Source: Eubacteriales bacterium (GTDB lineage Bacteria > Bacillota > Clostridia > Oscillospirales > RGIG5299). From it: a stretch of 64,000 nt of DNA. The stretch covers positions 108,060-172,059 of the forward strand of contig JAZNEJ010000008.1 in the NCBI GenBank assembly GCA_045588575.1. Reading direction: 5' to 3'. The notes below the pieces were generated by a model. The model worked only from the letters and a program-made list of their open reading frames with translations. It made no database searches and was not told the origin of the DNA. Below are positions 26,085 to 35,189 of the stretch, piece after piece. Made by a program: the position numbers and the translations under genes. Positions within the stretch are counted from its first letter, which is position 1, and each line of letters starts with the position of its first letter.

Positions 26085-27029
26085 ATGATTGTAGACGTCT
26101 CTGTTGTTTCAAATATGGTTGCAATGCTGTTTGTTGTGCTTTTAATCGGCTTCGGCGCAAAAAAGCTTAACTGGGTAACAGACGTAACCTCAAAACAAAT
26201 ATCAAATCTTCTTATCAAGGTGGCGCAGCCTTTTTTAATTATAAGCTCGCTTTTAAAGCTCGATTATTCGGAAGAAAGGCTTTTAAGCGGCGGAATTATT
26301 TTTATAATAGGCGTTACCGTTCACGGCATCCTCTCGCTTTTTGCCTTTTTGGCAACGCGCCCTTTAAAAAAAGACGATAAAAGAAAAATTTGCGAATTTG
26401 CTTTAATTTTCGCAAACTGCGGATTTTTGGGATATCCCTTAATGGAAGCGGCAATGGGCCCCGAAGGTCTTTTCTATGCAAGCATTTACGTTTTAACCTT
26501 TAATATCTACGCTTGGACTTGGGGAATGTTCATTTTGGGCAAGGGCAGAGATGACGTTAAAATTAAGCCGAAAAATATGATTTTGAATTTCGGCACAATT
26601 CCTTGCCTTATAGGAATGGTTTTATACGTCGTTCAGCTCCCCGTCCCCGATTTTATGGTTAGCGCAATGAGCTCTATGGGCTCGGTTTGCACGCCTCTTT
26701 CTGTTTTCCTTTGCGGAATTTTGCTTGCGAAAATCCCCTTTAAAAAAATGTTTACGAGAATATCGGTTTACTACGTTGCCCTCTTAAAGCTCGTGATTTT
26801 CCCCGTTATTATAACTCTTATTGCAAAGCTTTGTGGTCTTTCGGAAACTATGATTTACGTTTCCGCAATAATGACCTCGCTCCCCACCGCAACCAATACC
26901 GCAATGTTTGCCGAAATGTATGATATTGAGCCCGAATATGCCGCTCAAACCGTTGGCACGTCAACTGCGCTTTGCGTTTTAACGGTGCCGTTCGTTGTTT
27001 TCCTCGCAGGGCTTATCGTGCAATTATAA
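26085..27029 (+). CDS. AEC (auxin efflux carrier) family permease
   Basis: 314 aa with ~10 TM segments. The N-terminus LLIGFGAKK...ISNLLIKVAQPFLI is typical of the AEC/membrane-transport family. Confidence 0.75.
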   Translation: MIVDVSVVSNMVAMLFVVLLIGFGAKKLNWVTDVTSKQISNLLIKVAQPFLIISSLLKLDYSEERLLSGGIIFIIGVTVHGILSLFAFLATRPLKKDDKRKICEFALIFANCGFLGYPLMEAAMGPEGLFYASIYVLTFNIYAWTWGMFILGKGRDDVKIKPKNMILNFGTIPCLIGMVLYVVQLPVPDFMVSAMSSMGSVCTPLSVFLCGILLAKIPFKKMFTRISVYYVALLKLVIFPVIITLIAKLCGLSETMIYVSAIMTSLPTATNTAMFAEMYDIEPEYAAQTVGTSTALCVLTVPFVVFLAGLIVQL

Positions 27030-27094
27030 TTTTAAAAAACCCGAATTTTTTGGGTTTTTTCTTTTTTAAACGGGTAAACTTAACAAAATAGGAG

Positions 27095-27123
27095 TTGTTT
27101 TAAAATAATGGCAATGCTATAAT
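27095..27123 (+). promoter_or_regulatory. Sigma-A-type extended -10 promoter of the AraC-GRE gene
   Basis: TTGTTT, 17-nt spacer ending TGc, TATAAT. Confidence 0.5.
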
Positions 27124-27142
27124 TTATGTGAGAGGTGGAAAA

Positions 27143-29776
27143 ATGTTTAACGTTTTAAAATATATACACGAAAACATTACAAGCAAGCTTACCGTAGAAG
27201 ACGTTGCAAATATTTTCGGCTATTCAAAATGGCATTTTTGCAAAAAATTCCACGAATACACAGGCCTTACCTTTGCCGAATATATAAGATATTACCGCAC
27301 ACGTCTTGCCTCAATAGATATTTTGCAGGGCAAAAAGGTAGTTGACGTTGCCACAAATTACGGCTACGATACCGCGGGAGGCTTTAACAAGGCGTTTTTG
27401 AAGGAATACGGCTGTTATCCCACCGAATATAAAAAGCAGGTAAAAGAAAGCTTGCTTTATTACGAATTGAGGAGAAAAAATATGTTTAGACTATCTAACC
27501 GTTGCGCTTATTTAAGAGAAGAAATTGTTAATTCAAAGAAACAAATGCGCTACTATGGCTTTCAGCGCTCCGTTTATGCCGCTCTTGCCACCGAAAAAGC
27601 GGCTAAAGAGGGCGTGGGCAGTCTTTCCGAAATTTACAGCGTTGCCGGCATTGAGGCAACTCTTAACCGCTTTACTCCTTATATTTATCCTCACGAGCTT
27701 ATAACGGGCTTTAACTTTGCCGACGGTATTTACGATTTTGCCCCGTTTGATAAAAACGAGCATTACGAAATGCTTAAAGATAACGGCATTTCCGACGAAG
27801 ATATAGAAGCCTATTTTAAAACAGACTCCTATTTTAAATGCTGGGCATGTTTAAATGAAAATTTCCCTCCCAATCTTCCCGGCCCCGCTCCCCGCACCGA
27901 GCGTGAAGAAGCCGCTCTTAAAGACCTTTCCTCAACCTGCTGGTGTATGACGGGCAACCACACCGTTATTGGCTATCAAAAGGTTTTGGAGCTTGGCTTT
28001 GAGGGAATTTATAAAGAAATTGAAAAATATGAAGAAATTAACGGAAGCTCCGATTTTTATAACTCTGCAAAACGCGTTTGCAAGGCGGCTATGCAAATCG
28101 GTGAAAAATATGCCGCAAAAGCCCGTGAACTTCTCGAAAGCAACGCTCCCGAATACGAGGCCGACGATTTGAATTTTATTATCTCAACCTGCTCACAAGT
28201 TCCCCGTTTTCCCGCAACTAGCTTTAAAGAGGCAATTCAATCGCTTTGGTTTGCCCATATAATCAACACATGGGAAGACGGCATTAACGCAAACTCGCTC
28301 GGAAGGCTCGACCAGATTCTTTACCCTTATTATATTGCTGATATTGAAAAGGGCGTTTTAACCAAGGAAGAAGCCTTCGAGCTTATTTGCTTACTCTGGT
28401 TAAAGCTTTACCGTGATTACGACGTTCAGCAGTCCTGCGTGGGAGGCACAAATCCCGACGGAACGAGCGCCGTTAACGAGCTTTCTTATATGATGCTCGA
28501 TGCAACCGAGGCTTTGGATTTTGTTCGCTGTCTTTCGGTCCGCTATTCCAAAAATACCGAAAAAGATTTCATAAAGCGTGCTCTCGAGGTTGTCGGGCAC
28601 GTTCAAAAGGGCGTTCCCTTCTTCTTTAACGACGACGTTATGATTCCCGCTTTACAAAGCGTCGGCATTTCAAGAGAAGACGCCTTCGATTACACTCAGA
28701 TAGGCTGCGTTGAAACGGTAATTCCGGGAAAATCGAATCCTCACGCCGTAACCGCAAGAGCAAACCTCTTAAAAGCAGTTGAATACACTTTTGCAAACGG
28801 AAAAAGCATGCGTTTTCCCGAGCTTGCTCCCGGTGAAAAAACGGGTGAGCTTTCGAAATTTAAAAGCTATGAGGATTTCTACGCCGCAGTTTTAAAGCAA
28901 ATAGACTGCATTTTGGAAAACTCCTGCTCGCTTGCAAAAAAGGCAAGAGATGCATCCGTTGCATTTAAACCCTATAAATCCATTTTAACCGAGGGTTGTC
29001 TGGAAAAAGGCAGAGATTTTAACGATTACGGCGCAAAATACGATTATTACCAAATGGCGCTTATGGGAATTCCCAATCTTGCCGATTCGCTTGCATCCGT
29101 TAAAAAATTTGTTTACGATACCCGCAAATACACCCTTAACGAAATGAAGGAAATTTTGGAAAATAACTTCCCCGATGAAAGCGTAAGGCAGGAATTTATA
29201 AACAAAGCTCCCAAATTCGGTAACGATATAGACGACGTAGACCTTATTGCTGCGGCGGTAACCGAACACGCCTGCGATAAGTTAATTGAGCTTTCAAAAA
29301 AATATTCAATGAGCTTCCACGCTCAGCCCTTTACTTACGTTTGGTTGGTTGAGCACGGTTCTACTTGCGCGGCAAGTCCCGACGGAAGAAAAATGGCGGA
29401 AAACATTGCATACAGCGTTTCACCAATGCAAGGAAGAGATTTTAGCGGTCTTACCTCTCTTTTAAACTCCATTGCAAAGCTCCCCACAACCAAAACTCCG
29501 GGAACCGCCTCTGCAATAGTTGAGGTAGACCCCAAGCTTTATACCGACAGAAATATAGGTATGCTCACCGAAATTTTTCTTGCAAGCAGTAAAAAAGGTT
29601 TGGCAAACGTTCAGTTTAACACCGTTGACGCCGAAACGCTTATAGATGCGAAAAACCATCCCGAAAAATATAACAATCTTGCCGTCAGAGTTTCGGGATT
29701 CAGCCAAAAATTTAACCTTTTGGGTCCCGATTTACAAGACCATATTATCGGAAGGACGAAACACAAATGCCTTTAA
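27143..29776 (+). CDS. Glycyl radical enzyme (eliminase/dehydratase-type, GCVE active site) with in-frame N-terminal AraC/MarA-type HTH domain
   Basis: The first ~105 aa form a two-HTH AraC DNA-binding domain (LTVEDVANIFGYSKWHFCKKF...ATNYGYDTAGGFNKAFLKEYGCYPTEYKK). The remainder is PFL-like: QIGCVET (Cys 28706-28708, Glu 28712-28714) and glycyl motif AVRVSGFS (Gly 29696-29698). ATG at 27143 has GAGAGGTGG upstream, while the listed GTG at 27128 is unlikely. An internal GAGGAG-N7-ATG lies at 27469-27484. Confidence 0.85.
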   Translation: MFNVLKYIHENITSKLTVEDVANIFGYSKWHFCKKFHEYTGLTFAEYIRYYRTRLASIDILQGKKVVDVATNYGYDTAGGFNKAFLKEYGCYPTEYKKQVKESLLYYELRRKNMFRLSNRCAYLREEIVNSKKQMRYYGFQRSVYAALATEKAAKEGVGSLSEIYSVAGIEATLNRFTPYIYPHELITGFNFADGIYDFAPFDKNEHYEMLKDNGISDEDIEAYFKTDSYFKCWACLNENFPPNLPGPAPRTEREEAALKDLSSTCWCMTGNHTVIGYQKVLELGFEGIYKEIEKYEEINGSSDFYNSAKRVCKAAMQIGEKYAAKARELLESNAPEYEADDLNFIISTCSQVPRFPATSFKEAIQSLWFAHIINTWEDGINANSLGRLDQILYPYYIADIEKGVLTKEEAFELICLLWLKLYRDYDVQQSCVGGTNPDGTSAVNELSYMMLDATEALDFVRCLSVRYSKNTEKDFIKRALEVVGHVQKGVPFFFNDDVMIPALQSVGISREDAFDYTQIGCVETVIPGKSNPHAVTARANLLKAVEYTFANGKSMRFPELAPGEKTGELSKFKSYEDFYAAVLKQIDCILENSCSLAKKARDASVAFKPYKSILTEGCLEKGRDFNDYGAKYDYYQMALMGIPNLADSLASVKKFVYDTRKYTLNEMKEILENNFPDESVRQEFINKAPKFGNDIDDVDLIAAAVTEHACDKLIELSKKYSMSFHAQPFTYVWLVEHGSTCAASPDGRKMAENIAYSVSPMQGRDFSGLTSLLNSIAKLPTTKTPGTASAIVEVDPKLYTDRNIGMLTEIFLASSKKGLANVQFNTVDAETLIDAKNHPEKYNNLAVRVSGFSQKFNLLGPDLQDHIIGRTKHKCL

Positions 29777-30681
29777 AAGCAATAATTTCAAATATTGCCC
29801 TCTGCTCGCTTCACGACGGCGACGGCGTCAGAGCCGTTGTTTATTTTAAAGGTTGCGGTCTTAACTGCAAGTGGTGCCACAATCCCGAAACAAATTCAAA
29901 AAAACCCGAAATTATTTACACTCCCGTAAAATGCATTTGCTGCGGCAGATGCATTGAGGTTTGTCCCTCCTGCCATATTATTAAAGACGGAAAAATGGAG
30001 TTTTTAAGAAAAAACTGCACCGGTTGCGGAAAATGCTTTGAGGCTTGCCCCACAGGCGCTCTTTCGCTTTGCGGCGAATATAAAACCGTTTCCGACGTTT
30101 TTAATTTCGTTATGAAGGATGCCCACTACTACGAGGCAACGGGCGGCGGCGTAACGCTTTCGGGCGGTGAATGTCTGCTTTGGTCGGATTTTTGTGCGGA
30201 GCTTTTAAAAAAATGCAAAGAAAACGGAATTAACACCGCAGTTGAAACGGCTCTTTTCGTCGATTGGCTTAAAATTCAAAAGGTTATTCCGTATGTCGAC
30301 CTTTTTTACGCCGATTTAAAAATTCCGAATTCAAAAAAGCACGAAAAATATACGGGAAGCGGAAACGAGTTAATTATTGAGAATATGCAAAAATTAACAA
30401 AAGAAGCAAAAAGAGTTATTATTCGCATTCCGCTTATTCCCACGGTAAACGACGGCAACGAAGATATTAAAGGCTTTGCCGAAATTATCAAAACGCTTGA
30501 AAAAATTGAGGGCATTGAGGTTTTAAAATATAATAATCTTGCGGAATCGAAATATAACGGAGTCGGAAAAAGCTTTTATTCCTTTGCAAAGGAAAGTCAG
30601 TCGGACGAGGAAATAAAAGAATTTTGCAGAAAGTTAAAAGCGGAGCTTGCTGATAAGATAAACGTTTTTTTTGAAAAATAA
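29767..30681 (+). CDS. Glycyl-radical enzyme activating protein (radical SAM, two auxiliary 4Fe-4S motifs)
   Basis: CGLNCKWCHNPE (CX3CX2C) followed by CICCGRCIEVCP and CTGCGKCFEACP. The 10-nt overlap with the GRE stop suggests translational coupling. Confidence 0.9.
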   Translation: MPLKAIISNIALCSLHDGDGVRAVVYFKGCGLNCKWCHNPETNSKKPEIIYTPVKCICCGRCIEVCPSCHIIKDGKMEFLRKNCTGCGKCFEACPTGALSLCGEYKTVSDVFNFVMKDAHYYEATGGGVTLSGGECLLWSDFCAELLKKCKENGINTAVETALFVDWLKIQKVIPYVDLFYADLKIPNSKKHEKYTGSGNELIIENMQKLTKEAKRVIIRIPLIPTVNDGNEDIKGFAEIIKTLEKIEGIEVLKYNNLAESKYNGVGKSFYSFAKESQSDEEIKEFCRKLKAELADKINVFFEK

Positions 30682-30688
30682 ATTCTAG

Positions 30689-30717
30689 TTGTCATTAAAT
30701 AAGAAATATTGTAAAAT
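30689..30717 (+). promoter_or_regulatory. Sigma-A-type promoter of paralogue 2
   Basis: TTGTCA, 17-nt spacer, TAAAAT. Confidence 0.45.
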
Positions 30718-30750
30718 AAAATTAACACCTTATTTTTTGGAGGAATTAAG

Positions 30751-32850
30751 ATGGCGAAGAAAATAATTTCAATTTTACTTTGTGTTGTTATGCTTGCAGG
30801 TCTTATGAGCTTTTTCTCTTCCTGTAACTTTCAAACCGTTGGAAGAACCTATTACATAAGCTCTTCAACCGGTAACGACGATAATGATGCAAAAACAGAA
30901 GGCTCCGCTTGGAAAACTCTTAAAAATCTCAAAAACACAATTTTGCAAGAGGGCGACAGAATTTTATTAAAGCGCGGCGACGAATGGAACGAGCGTTTAG
31001 AAATTTACGGCGGCGGAAGCGAGGAGCATAAAGCTCTCGTTTCTTCCTACGGCAATCCCCTTGACCCCAAGCCGATAATTCGCCTTAATAACGGTCTTGA
31101 CGATATTTGTTTGCTTTATTCCGACCTTCGTTACGACCCTCAGCAAAAAAATATGGCAAACGAAATGGGCAACATTATCATTGAAGAGCTCGACCTTCGT
31201 AACGCTTATCTCGGCATTTATATAAGAAATATTTTTTACAGCGCAAAGAACTTAACTGTAAGAAACGTTGATATTTCCGAGATTTACTGCGATGAAGCCG
31301 AAAGTAAATTCACTTGGGCGGGCGGTGGTCCCGAAATGGTTGAATATTACGGTAAGATGGCGAAAGGAAATCTTCCCAAGGTTAACAAAAACACCGGCAT
31401 TGTAACCGAAACGGGCGGCGGCGGAAGCGAATGGGCTCTTTCAAGCGCGGTTTTAACAAACGGCGGCTGGGAAAACGTTGAATTTTCAAATATCATTATG
31501 AATAATGCAGGTCCCATTGGTCTTGTTGCCTTTAAAAACGTTTATATGCACGATATTACCGTTGCAGGCGGCGCAATTTTTAAAAGCGAGCATTGCACCG
31601 ACGTTAAAATTGAAAGATGCCGCTCTCTTGAAGGCAACAAAAAATACAGCTTCTACGGCGGCACAACGGGAAGCTACGTTGGCACCTCCAGCAATTTCCT
31701 TGCTCAAAACATTGAAATTTCTTACATTTATAATCACGGTGAAAACGACGGTTGCGGCATTGATTATGAAACTCAGTGCTGGAATGCGGCTATTAAGGAT
31801 TCCGTTTTCCACCACAACGATTCGGGTTCCCTTTTAATTATGGCTCTTCCCGAATATGCTCTCCACGAAAACGTTTCTTTCGACCACAATCTTTGCTACG
31901 ATAATATAAGAAATCCCAAAAACGGCATTTATAATTGGGAAATTTTAATGAGCAATATCGGCAAGGATAATCTCTCCATTTCTTATAACGATTTCTTCAC
32001 ACGCGCAAGAACGAAATGGGGTCCCGTTTTGTATATAGGCTGTAACGAGGCTCCCCAATCTCCCACCACCACGAAAATTGATAATAACGAAAGCCGTCTT
32101 GATAACTACCGCACCCGTTTTAGCTTTAACAAAGACGGAAACGGCGAGGGCTTTGCCGCTCACACCGGCACTTTTACCGTTGCAAACGGTGTTGGTAAAA
32201 TAACCGCCAAAGATAAACTCGGCGCTATTGTTTTAAACAACCCCATCAACGCCTTTTGTTATAAAAAGATGCTCTTTAACGTTTCAAACGATGCAAAAGG
32301 CACTCTTCAGGTTCAGTATGCTCTTGCCGACGGCACCGTTAAAAAGAGCGAAAAGGTAAATCTTAACGGCGCAGGCGGTTATATTGTTAATCTCGGTGAA
32401 AACATATCTTCCGCCATTTACGATATCGTTGTAATTTACACTCCTTCAAGCTCAAACGGCTCGGTTGAGTTCGATTTCATTCAGTTTATGGTTGATATTG
32501 ATGCCTCGGCAAGAAAGTCGGGCAACAAAACCATTGACGTAACCTTCACGGGCGACAGCGTTCCCTTTATTGAAACCAATCCTCAGGTAAAATCAATCGC
32601 CCTTTCGGGCTATACGGTTAACGCCGTTGAAAAAATCAACTACAACACCGTTAGAGTAACGGTTAACGAAAACGTCGGTAATCTTAAAAATCTTAAAGTT
32701 ACCGCAAAGGCAGACCTTTTCATTGCATATTTTGCCGATATTATTAAAGGTCTTGATTGCGACAGAACCGCCGCCGACGATGCGGCTCTTCTCGGTTGTC
32801 AAACTCAACACTACTTCTATAACGGAAGCATTAGCTTAACCTGTAAATAA
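30751..32850 (+). CDS. Beta-helix-like surface lipoprotein, paralogue 2 (699 aa)
   Basis: Signal peptide plus lipobox FFSSC, with the same conserved blocks as paralogue 1. N- and C-terminal thirds are nearly identical to paralogue 4, and the middle is unique. Confidence 0.7.
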   Translation: MAKKIISILLCVVMLAGLMSFFSSCNFQTVGRTYYISSSTGNDDNDAKTEGSAWKTLKNLKNTILQEGDRILLKRGDEWNERLEIYGGGSEEHKALVSSYGNPLDPKPIIRLNNGLDDICLLYSDLRYDPQQKNMANEMGNIIIEELDLRNAYLGIYIRNIFYSAKNLTVRNVDISEIYCDEAESKFTWAGGGPEMVEYYGKMAKGNLPKVNKNTGIVTETGGGGSEWALSSAVLTNGGWENVEFSNIIMNNAGPIGLVAFKNVYMHDITVAGGAIFKSEHCTDVKIERCRSLEGNKKYSFYGGTTGSYVGTSSNFLAQNIEISYIYNHGENDGCGIDYETQCWNAAIKDSVFHHNDSGSLLIMALPEYALHENVSFDHNLCYDNIRNPKNGIYNWEILMSNIGKDNLSISYNDFFTRARTKWGPVLYIGCNEAPQSPTTTKIDNNESRLDNYRTRFSFNKDGNGEGFAAHTGTFTVANGVGKITAKDKLGAIVLNNPINAFCYKKMLFNVSNDAKGTLQVQYALADGTVKKSEKVNLNGAGGYIVNLGENISSAIYDIVVIYTPSSSNGSVEFDFIQFMVDIDASARKSGNKTIDVTFTGDSVPFIETNPQVKSIALSGYTVNAVEKINYNTVRVTVNENVGNLKNLKVTAKADLFIAYFADIIKGLDCDRTAADDAALLGCQTQHYFYNGSISLTCK

Positions 32851-32859
32851 ATTTTAAAA

Positions 32860-32884
32860 AACCCGAGTTTTTTCGGGTTTTTTA
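32860..32884 (+). terminator. Rho-independent terminator of paralogue 2
   Basis: aacccg-agtttttt-cgggtt followed by a T-run. The stem is short. Confidence 0.55.
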
Positions 32885-32913
32885 TTGCTTTTTTAAATCG
32901 GTTATGCTATTAT
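32885..32913 (+). promoter_or_regulatory. Sigma-A-type extended -10 promoter of paralogue 3
   Basis: TTGCTT, 17-nt spacer ending TGc, TATTAT. Confidence 0.55.
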
Positions 32914-32982
32914 TAAAACAATGGCAAAAGCCACTAAAATAAAACGAAAGAAAGCAACCCGAAAGTTTTGGAGGAATGCAAA

Positions 32983-35076
32983 ATGGCAACGAAAAAAATA
33001 GGCAACACCTATTACATCAGCTGGTCTGAAGGTAACGACTCAAACAGCGGCAAAAGCAAAAACGCTCCCTGGAAAAGCTTTAAAAAAATTAATGCCAAGG
33101 TTTTAAAGCCGGGCGATAAGGTTTTATTAAAAAGAGGCGATATTTGGCACGAGCGTTTGGAAATTTACGGCGGCGGCTCGGAAGAAAACAACGTTTTGGT
33201 TTCGGCATACGGCGATAAAAACGCACCCAAGCCTCGAATTCAGCTTTCAAACGGAATGGACGACATTTGCGTTTTGGTTTCCGACGTAAGATATAATAAA
33301 AGCGGTAAAAATCAAATTCACGAATGCTCAAACCTCATAATCGAAGAACTCGACCTTCGCAACACCTATCTCGGCATTTATTTCAGACTTAAATTCTTAA
33401 AGAGCAAAAACTTAATCGTCAGAAACATCTACTTCCACGATATTTTCTGCGATGAAACTCTTAAGTCTATGGCAACCAAATACGGCGGCTGCGTAGAAGA
33501 GATGAACAGACAAGGCGCAAGAATTAAAGGAAATCTTGCCATTGTTAATCTCGAAAAGAGAAGAGCCGTTGCCCCCACGGGAGCAGCAGCCGAATATCTT
33601 CTTGCCTGCGCGGTTATCTTTAACGGCGGCTACTCAAACGTTGAGCTTTACAATTTAACTCTTTATAACGTTTACGTTGGCATTGAGCTTATTGCGGTTA
33701 AAGACGTTTTCCTTCACGATATGGTTTCTTCCGGCAACTGCTCGTTCCGTTTGCAGCTTTGTGAAAACGTTAGAGTTGAAAGATGCCGTATGCTTTCAAG
33801 CGGCGTAGACTACACCTTCTTCGGCGGCACCTGCGGTTCCTATTTTGCAGATTCCGACCATAACCTCATTAAAAACAACGAGCTTTCCTACACATATAAC
33901 TTAGGCGAAAACGACGGCTGCGCGCTCGACTTCGAATACCGTTGCGGCCACACCACCATTGAAAACAACGTATTCCATCACAACGATTCGGGCTCAATGC
34001 TCTTTATGGGACTTCAGGAGGGCCAGCGCCATAACAACGTTGTTGTTGAAAACAACCTTTCTTACGCCAACATAAGAAACCCCAAAAATCAGCAGTATAA
34101 TTTTGAATTTTTATGCGACGTTTTGGGCTTTGATAACACCGAGGAAACCGTGCGTCTTGCAGGAAACACAATGTTTACAAGAGAAATTTCCAACGGCCAC
34201 CGCACCTTCTTCTTCGGAAGCCTCGAAGAACAATATAAAATCTTGCGTCTTTGCGACGGCGGCTCTTCCACCCCCAACAGCTATCCTCGCCTTCACGCAA
34301 AAAACAACAAGAATAACCTCAAAAACTACCACAACCGTCTTGCATTCTTAAAAGATTACGATAACTTAAACCTTCTCCCCGAAAAAACCATGGTAAACGT
34401 TGAAGACGGCGTTTTAACCCTTTACCCCAGAAACGGCGTTGCCAAAACGGTTTTAACCACCCCCATCAACGGCTTCTGCTACACCAAGGCAAGACTTGTT
34501 GTTAATAACGATGCAAAGGGCGACCTTGCAATTAGCTACACTCTTTCCGACGGCACCCTCGTAATGCTCGACGATATTAAAATAAGAGGTGCGGGCGAAT
34601 ATATTGTAACTCTTGCCGATGAAGCAATTTGCTCGATAATCCGCAACTTCACCATCGTCTTCAAGCCCTCGAGAGGCAACACTCCCCTTGAAATTTCAAT
34701 GTTCGAATTCTTGCCCGACTTAAACGGAAGCGCAAACAAGGCGGGAGATAACGAAATAGATGTAACCTTCGGCGGCGTTTCATTCCCGATGATTGCTTTT
34801 TATCCTCAGGCAGAGGATATTGAAATTGAAGGCTACACCGTTAAGGGAATTGAAAAGCTCAGCCACAACACTTTAAGAGTAACGGTAGCCGAAAAGGTTG
34901 GCTCGCTTAAAGACGTTAAAGTAACGGCAAAGGCAGCATTATTCCTTGAATATTTCAAGGACCTTCTTAACGGTCTTGACTGCGAACGCTCAATTTCCGA
35001 CGATTCAGCTCTTGCAGGCGTTGCCACCGATAAAACGAGCTACTACAACGGCGCTCTTATCTTCAATTGTAAATAA
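32983..35076 (+). CDS. Beta-helix-like protein, paralogue 3, without signal peptide (predicted cytoplasmic, 697 aa)
   Basis: ATG at 32983 has GGAGGA 7 nt upstream, the same SD geometry as its siblings. The product starts MATKKIGNTYYIS, which is MAKKI + GRTYYIS of the siblings with the hydrophobic core and lipobox missing. It is the most diverged member. Confidence 0.7.
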   Translation: MATKKIGNTYYISWSEGNDSNSGKSKNAPWKSFKKINAKVLKPGDKVLLKRGDIWHERLEIYGGGSEENNVLVSAYGDKNAPKPRIQLSNGMDDICVLVSDVRYNKSGKNQIHECSNLIIEELDLRNTYLGIYFRLKFLKSKNLIVRNIYFHDIFCDETLKSMATKYGGCVEEMNRQGARIKGNLAIVNLEKRRAVAPTGAAAEYLLACAVIFNGGYSNVELYNLTLYNVYVGIELIAVKDVFLHDMVSSGNCSFRLQLCENVRVERCRMLSSGVDYTFFGGTCGSYFADSDHNLIKNNELSYTYNLGENDGCALDFEYRCGHTTIENNVFHHNDSGSMLFMGLQEGQRHNNVVVENNLSYANIRNPKNQQYNFEFLCDVLGFDNTEETVRLAGNTMFTREISNGHRTFFFGSLEEQYKILRLCDGGSSTPNSYPRLHAKNNKNNLKNYHNRLAFLKDYDNLNLLPEKTMVNVEDGVLTLYPRNGVAKTVLTTPINGFCYTKARLVVNNDAKGDLAISYTLSDGTLVMLDDIKIRGAGEYIVTLADEAICSIIRNFTIVFKPSRGNTPLEISMFEFLPDLNGSANKAGDNEIDVTFGGVSFPMIAFYPQAEDIEIEGYTVKGIEKLSHNTLRVTVAEKVGSLKDVKVTAKAALFLEYFKDLLNGLDCERSISDDSALAGVATDKTSYYNGALIFNCK

Positions 35077-35090
35077 ATTTAAACATTTTA

Positions 35091-35119
35091 AAAAACCCGA
35101 TTTTTTTCGGGTTTTTTTA
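35091..35119 (+). terminator. Rho-independent terminator of paralogue 3
   Basis: aaaacccga-ttttttt-cgggtttt followed by a T-run. Confidence 0.55.
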
Positions 35120-35148
35120 TTGCTTTTTTTAAATCTATATGTTATATT
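35120..35148 (+). promoter_or_regulatory. Sigma-A-type extended -10 promoter of paralogue 4
   Basis: TTGCTT, 17-nt spacer ending TGt, TATATT. Confidence 0.55.
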
Positions 35149-35189
35149 TATATAGGATTAAATCCGCAAAGAATACGGAGGAAAGAAAA

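Noticed and set aside
27128-27142. Listed GTG start (MRGGKM...) for the AraC-GRE ORF, and upstream extensions of paralogue ORFs (32968, 35139 and 39605).
   Set aside because: In each case an ATG with a well-spaced GGAGG-like SD lies a few codons downstream and gives the N-terminus shared by the family. The extensions begin at TTG or GTG, or lack an SD.
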